From Octopus sinensis (Eukaryota): a stretch of 64,000 nt of DNA. The position numbers were made by a program, and so were the translations under genes. The notes beneath the pieces were generated by a model. The model saw only the letters and a program-made list of their open reading frames with translations, was not told where the DNA came from and ran no database searches. The stretch spans positions 56,854,001 through 56,918,000 of the forward strand of contig NC_043002.1 of assembly GCF_006345805.1 (NCBI RefSeq). The letters are read 5' to 3'. Shown here piece after piece: positions 61,729 through 64,000 of this stretch. Within the stretch, counting starts at the first letter, position 1; each line of letters starts with the position of its first letter.

Positions 61729-64000
61729 GTGCCACGTAAAAAGCATCCATGCTGGGAGCATGTAAAAAGCACCTGTGCTGGTTGCCATAATAAAAGCAAC
61801 CATCACGCTCTGCAAAGTGGTTGGCATTAGAAAGGGTATTTCAACCATAGAAACCTTGCCAAAACAGACAATTGGAGCCAGCTCCTGTCAAACCATCCAA
61901 ACCCTGACAACATGGAAAATGTATGTTAAATGGTGATGATGATGAGATATAATTTAACACAAATAACTTTGCTAAAACTGCAATCTTTAAGCTAGGCTTT
62001 CTCTTCAGAGTCAGAAAAATTTTTTGAAACCCGAAATATGATAGCATAGAATCACACACACATGGTAGCTATGTATTTCCTCTACAAGACACTAGTTCCT
62101 ATCCCTTTGTAATAGTTTAGCATCTCATCATCTAGCACAAAGCCACCTCCCTCAATAACTCTCCCCCTTTTACCTGAAGGATGTTTGTCTTGCAGATTAC
62201 TTGGTGACCCCACTGGTGCTGGTGTCAATAGAAAGCACCCAGTGCACTCTGTAAAGTGGCTGGAAGGGCACCCAGCCATAGAAACTATGTCAAAGCAGAG
62301 TGGAGCTCAATGCAGTCCTCTGGCTCATCAGATCCTTTTCAGGTTTTGATTCTCTCAACAAAAGCATGAATATCACACACTCTCATTCCACTTCTTTCTT
62401 AAGCAAGAAATCAAATAATTCTTTTAAATGTGATTGGATCTGGAGGTTCCGTCTGTTTGAGCAACAGAATTACAGATAGACATGGCTGTGTGGTTAAGAA
62501 GATCACTTTCAAAGCATGTGCTTTGGGTTCAGTCCCATGGTATGGCACCTTGAACAAGTGTTTTTTACTACAACCCAAGGCTGACCAAAGCCTTGTGAAT
62601 TGATTTGGAAGAAGGAAACGGAAAAAAGCCAATCATTCCTATGCATGTATGTGGGTGAGTGTTTGTGTCTGTCTTAACACTGTCTGCTAATTGTTGCTAA
62701 CTAACATCATCATCATACAAGTGATATCATTTGTTTGCAATCTTCCATAAAGACATGTCTGGCCACTGTGTTGTCCATGGTTACAAGAAAAAAAAAACTG
62801 GTGGAAAATATTACCTTGCATCAGAAAATCCTGTCTCGACAAATTCTGTCTGATCCATGCAAACATGGAAAAGTATATGTTGAAATGGTGACGGGTGTAA
62901 GATGTTGACAATTCTACAGAAATCTGTAGTTTTAATGTAATTATCAGGTGGGCACAGTATGACAGTGTGTGTGTGTGTGTGTGTGTGCAAGACTGGGGAA
63001 AGTGAGGGGGGGATTACAAGTACAGACCAACTGATGGACTGGACTTGCAATCTGGTGAATGTTTTATTTGTTTTTCCCTAAATCAGATGCAACAAATTCT
63101 TGACCAAGCATGAGGCCAGCTGTAGGTAAACACCATTTAAAAGGCTCAAAAGGGCTGAAATGCATCTGGCATTCTTGGTGGCTGCTACTGATTTTCATCT
63201 CCCTCATATTAATTTGCATTTTTTAACATTGCACATCCATAAGAGATGTTATCTCAGAACAAGTACAAGCAGTAACTGACCTATTTACAGTATATATACA
63301 TTAAGTATGATACACAGATGGTTATTTTAATTAAATACTGTTTCAATTGCATGAACCAGATTTTTAATCAGCTAGGCAGGTATTCACAATGTCAGCAGAT
63401 GTTTATTACTTTAAGAGAAACAACAAATTCTTGTCTGAACATGTGGCTGACTGCAAGTATCATACATGGATGGCTACTGTACTTGTTTGCCCACCTAATT
63501 TTATTGACAAAGTCTAAGTTGACCAGGGGATACAGCTGACACTTGCTTGGACGGCATGCAGCAAAATTGAGCCAAGAACCCCTCTGACTGGAAAGTGAAC
63601 TTCTTAAATTACATGACCAATGCTCTCAATCTGTTAAAAGACAGACTGGAGGGGAAAAAGGGAAAAAAAACAACAAGAAAAGAGAAACCTACCTTTAGAT
63701 AGCTTCCTAACTGTGGGTAGACTCTGATGAGTGCAATGAATATTGATAGGGTACATTTGAAAGGAAACATTGTTTTCACAGCATGACTCACTTCTGGGAA
63801 CCGAGCTATAGTATAGCCTTTCTCTTTTAAAGTGGTTTTCAGCTGCTCATTGGGTAAGGCACCATTTTCTGCTAGAATGGCTCCGATGATGTAGCGAGTT
63901 TTATTTGTGGATACCTGGAAAATATCAAAAAAGAATCAATATAAATAGCAGTTGATAAGGTGATTTGATGTGAGTTATAAACAAAACAGAGCCAAATGCA

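Noticed and set aside
63090-63445. Shared 12-mer AACAAATTCTTG in two nearby exon-like segments (possible duplicated exons)
   Set aside because: Similarity is too short, and strand and frame could not be established consistently.
63724-63765. CTGATGA followed by GAAA as a possible hammerhead
   Set aside because: No convincing stem II closing at GAAA, and no stem I or stem III.

Overview
AT-rich, microsatellite-dense animal genomic DNA. The SINE families look like Octopus/coleoid cephalopod (inferred from recognition, not from a database search). Most of the window is intron/intergenic sequence filled with tRNA-derived SINEs, LINE remnants (Tx1/L1-like, RTE), Tc1/mariner remnants and MITEs. 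Coding sequence is sparse: the last two exons of an unnamed + strand gene (3281-4225), two candidate + exons (24325-24410, 27786-27875) and an unnamed - strand gene (exon 61321-61418; terminal exon 48040-48984). The main finding is a set of hammerhead-ribozyme (HHR) non-autonomous retroelements. (1) A 2.48-kb insertion (24994-27475) between two (TA)n tracts, made of near-identical 592-595-bp units. It carries four intact type I HHRs (CUGAAGA / 70-nt stem II / GAAA / palindromic ACGUACGU stem III / GUC) and an internal inversion, resembling a retrozyme or Penelope-mobilised circRNA multimer. (2) Palindromic head-to-head tRNA-SINE dimers with 13-15-bp target-site duplications (TSDs), whose tails carry Penelope-type minimal HHR motifs (290-750, 2081-2628; single arm at 57674-57910). 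(3) A third short family with degenerate minimal HHRs beside (TA)n (30.9-31.3 kb). No autonomous Penelope ORF is visible in the window. All structures were read by eye; repeat boundaries are approximate unless a TSD or terminal inverted repeat (TIR) is given.
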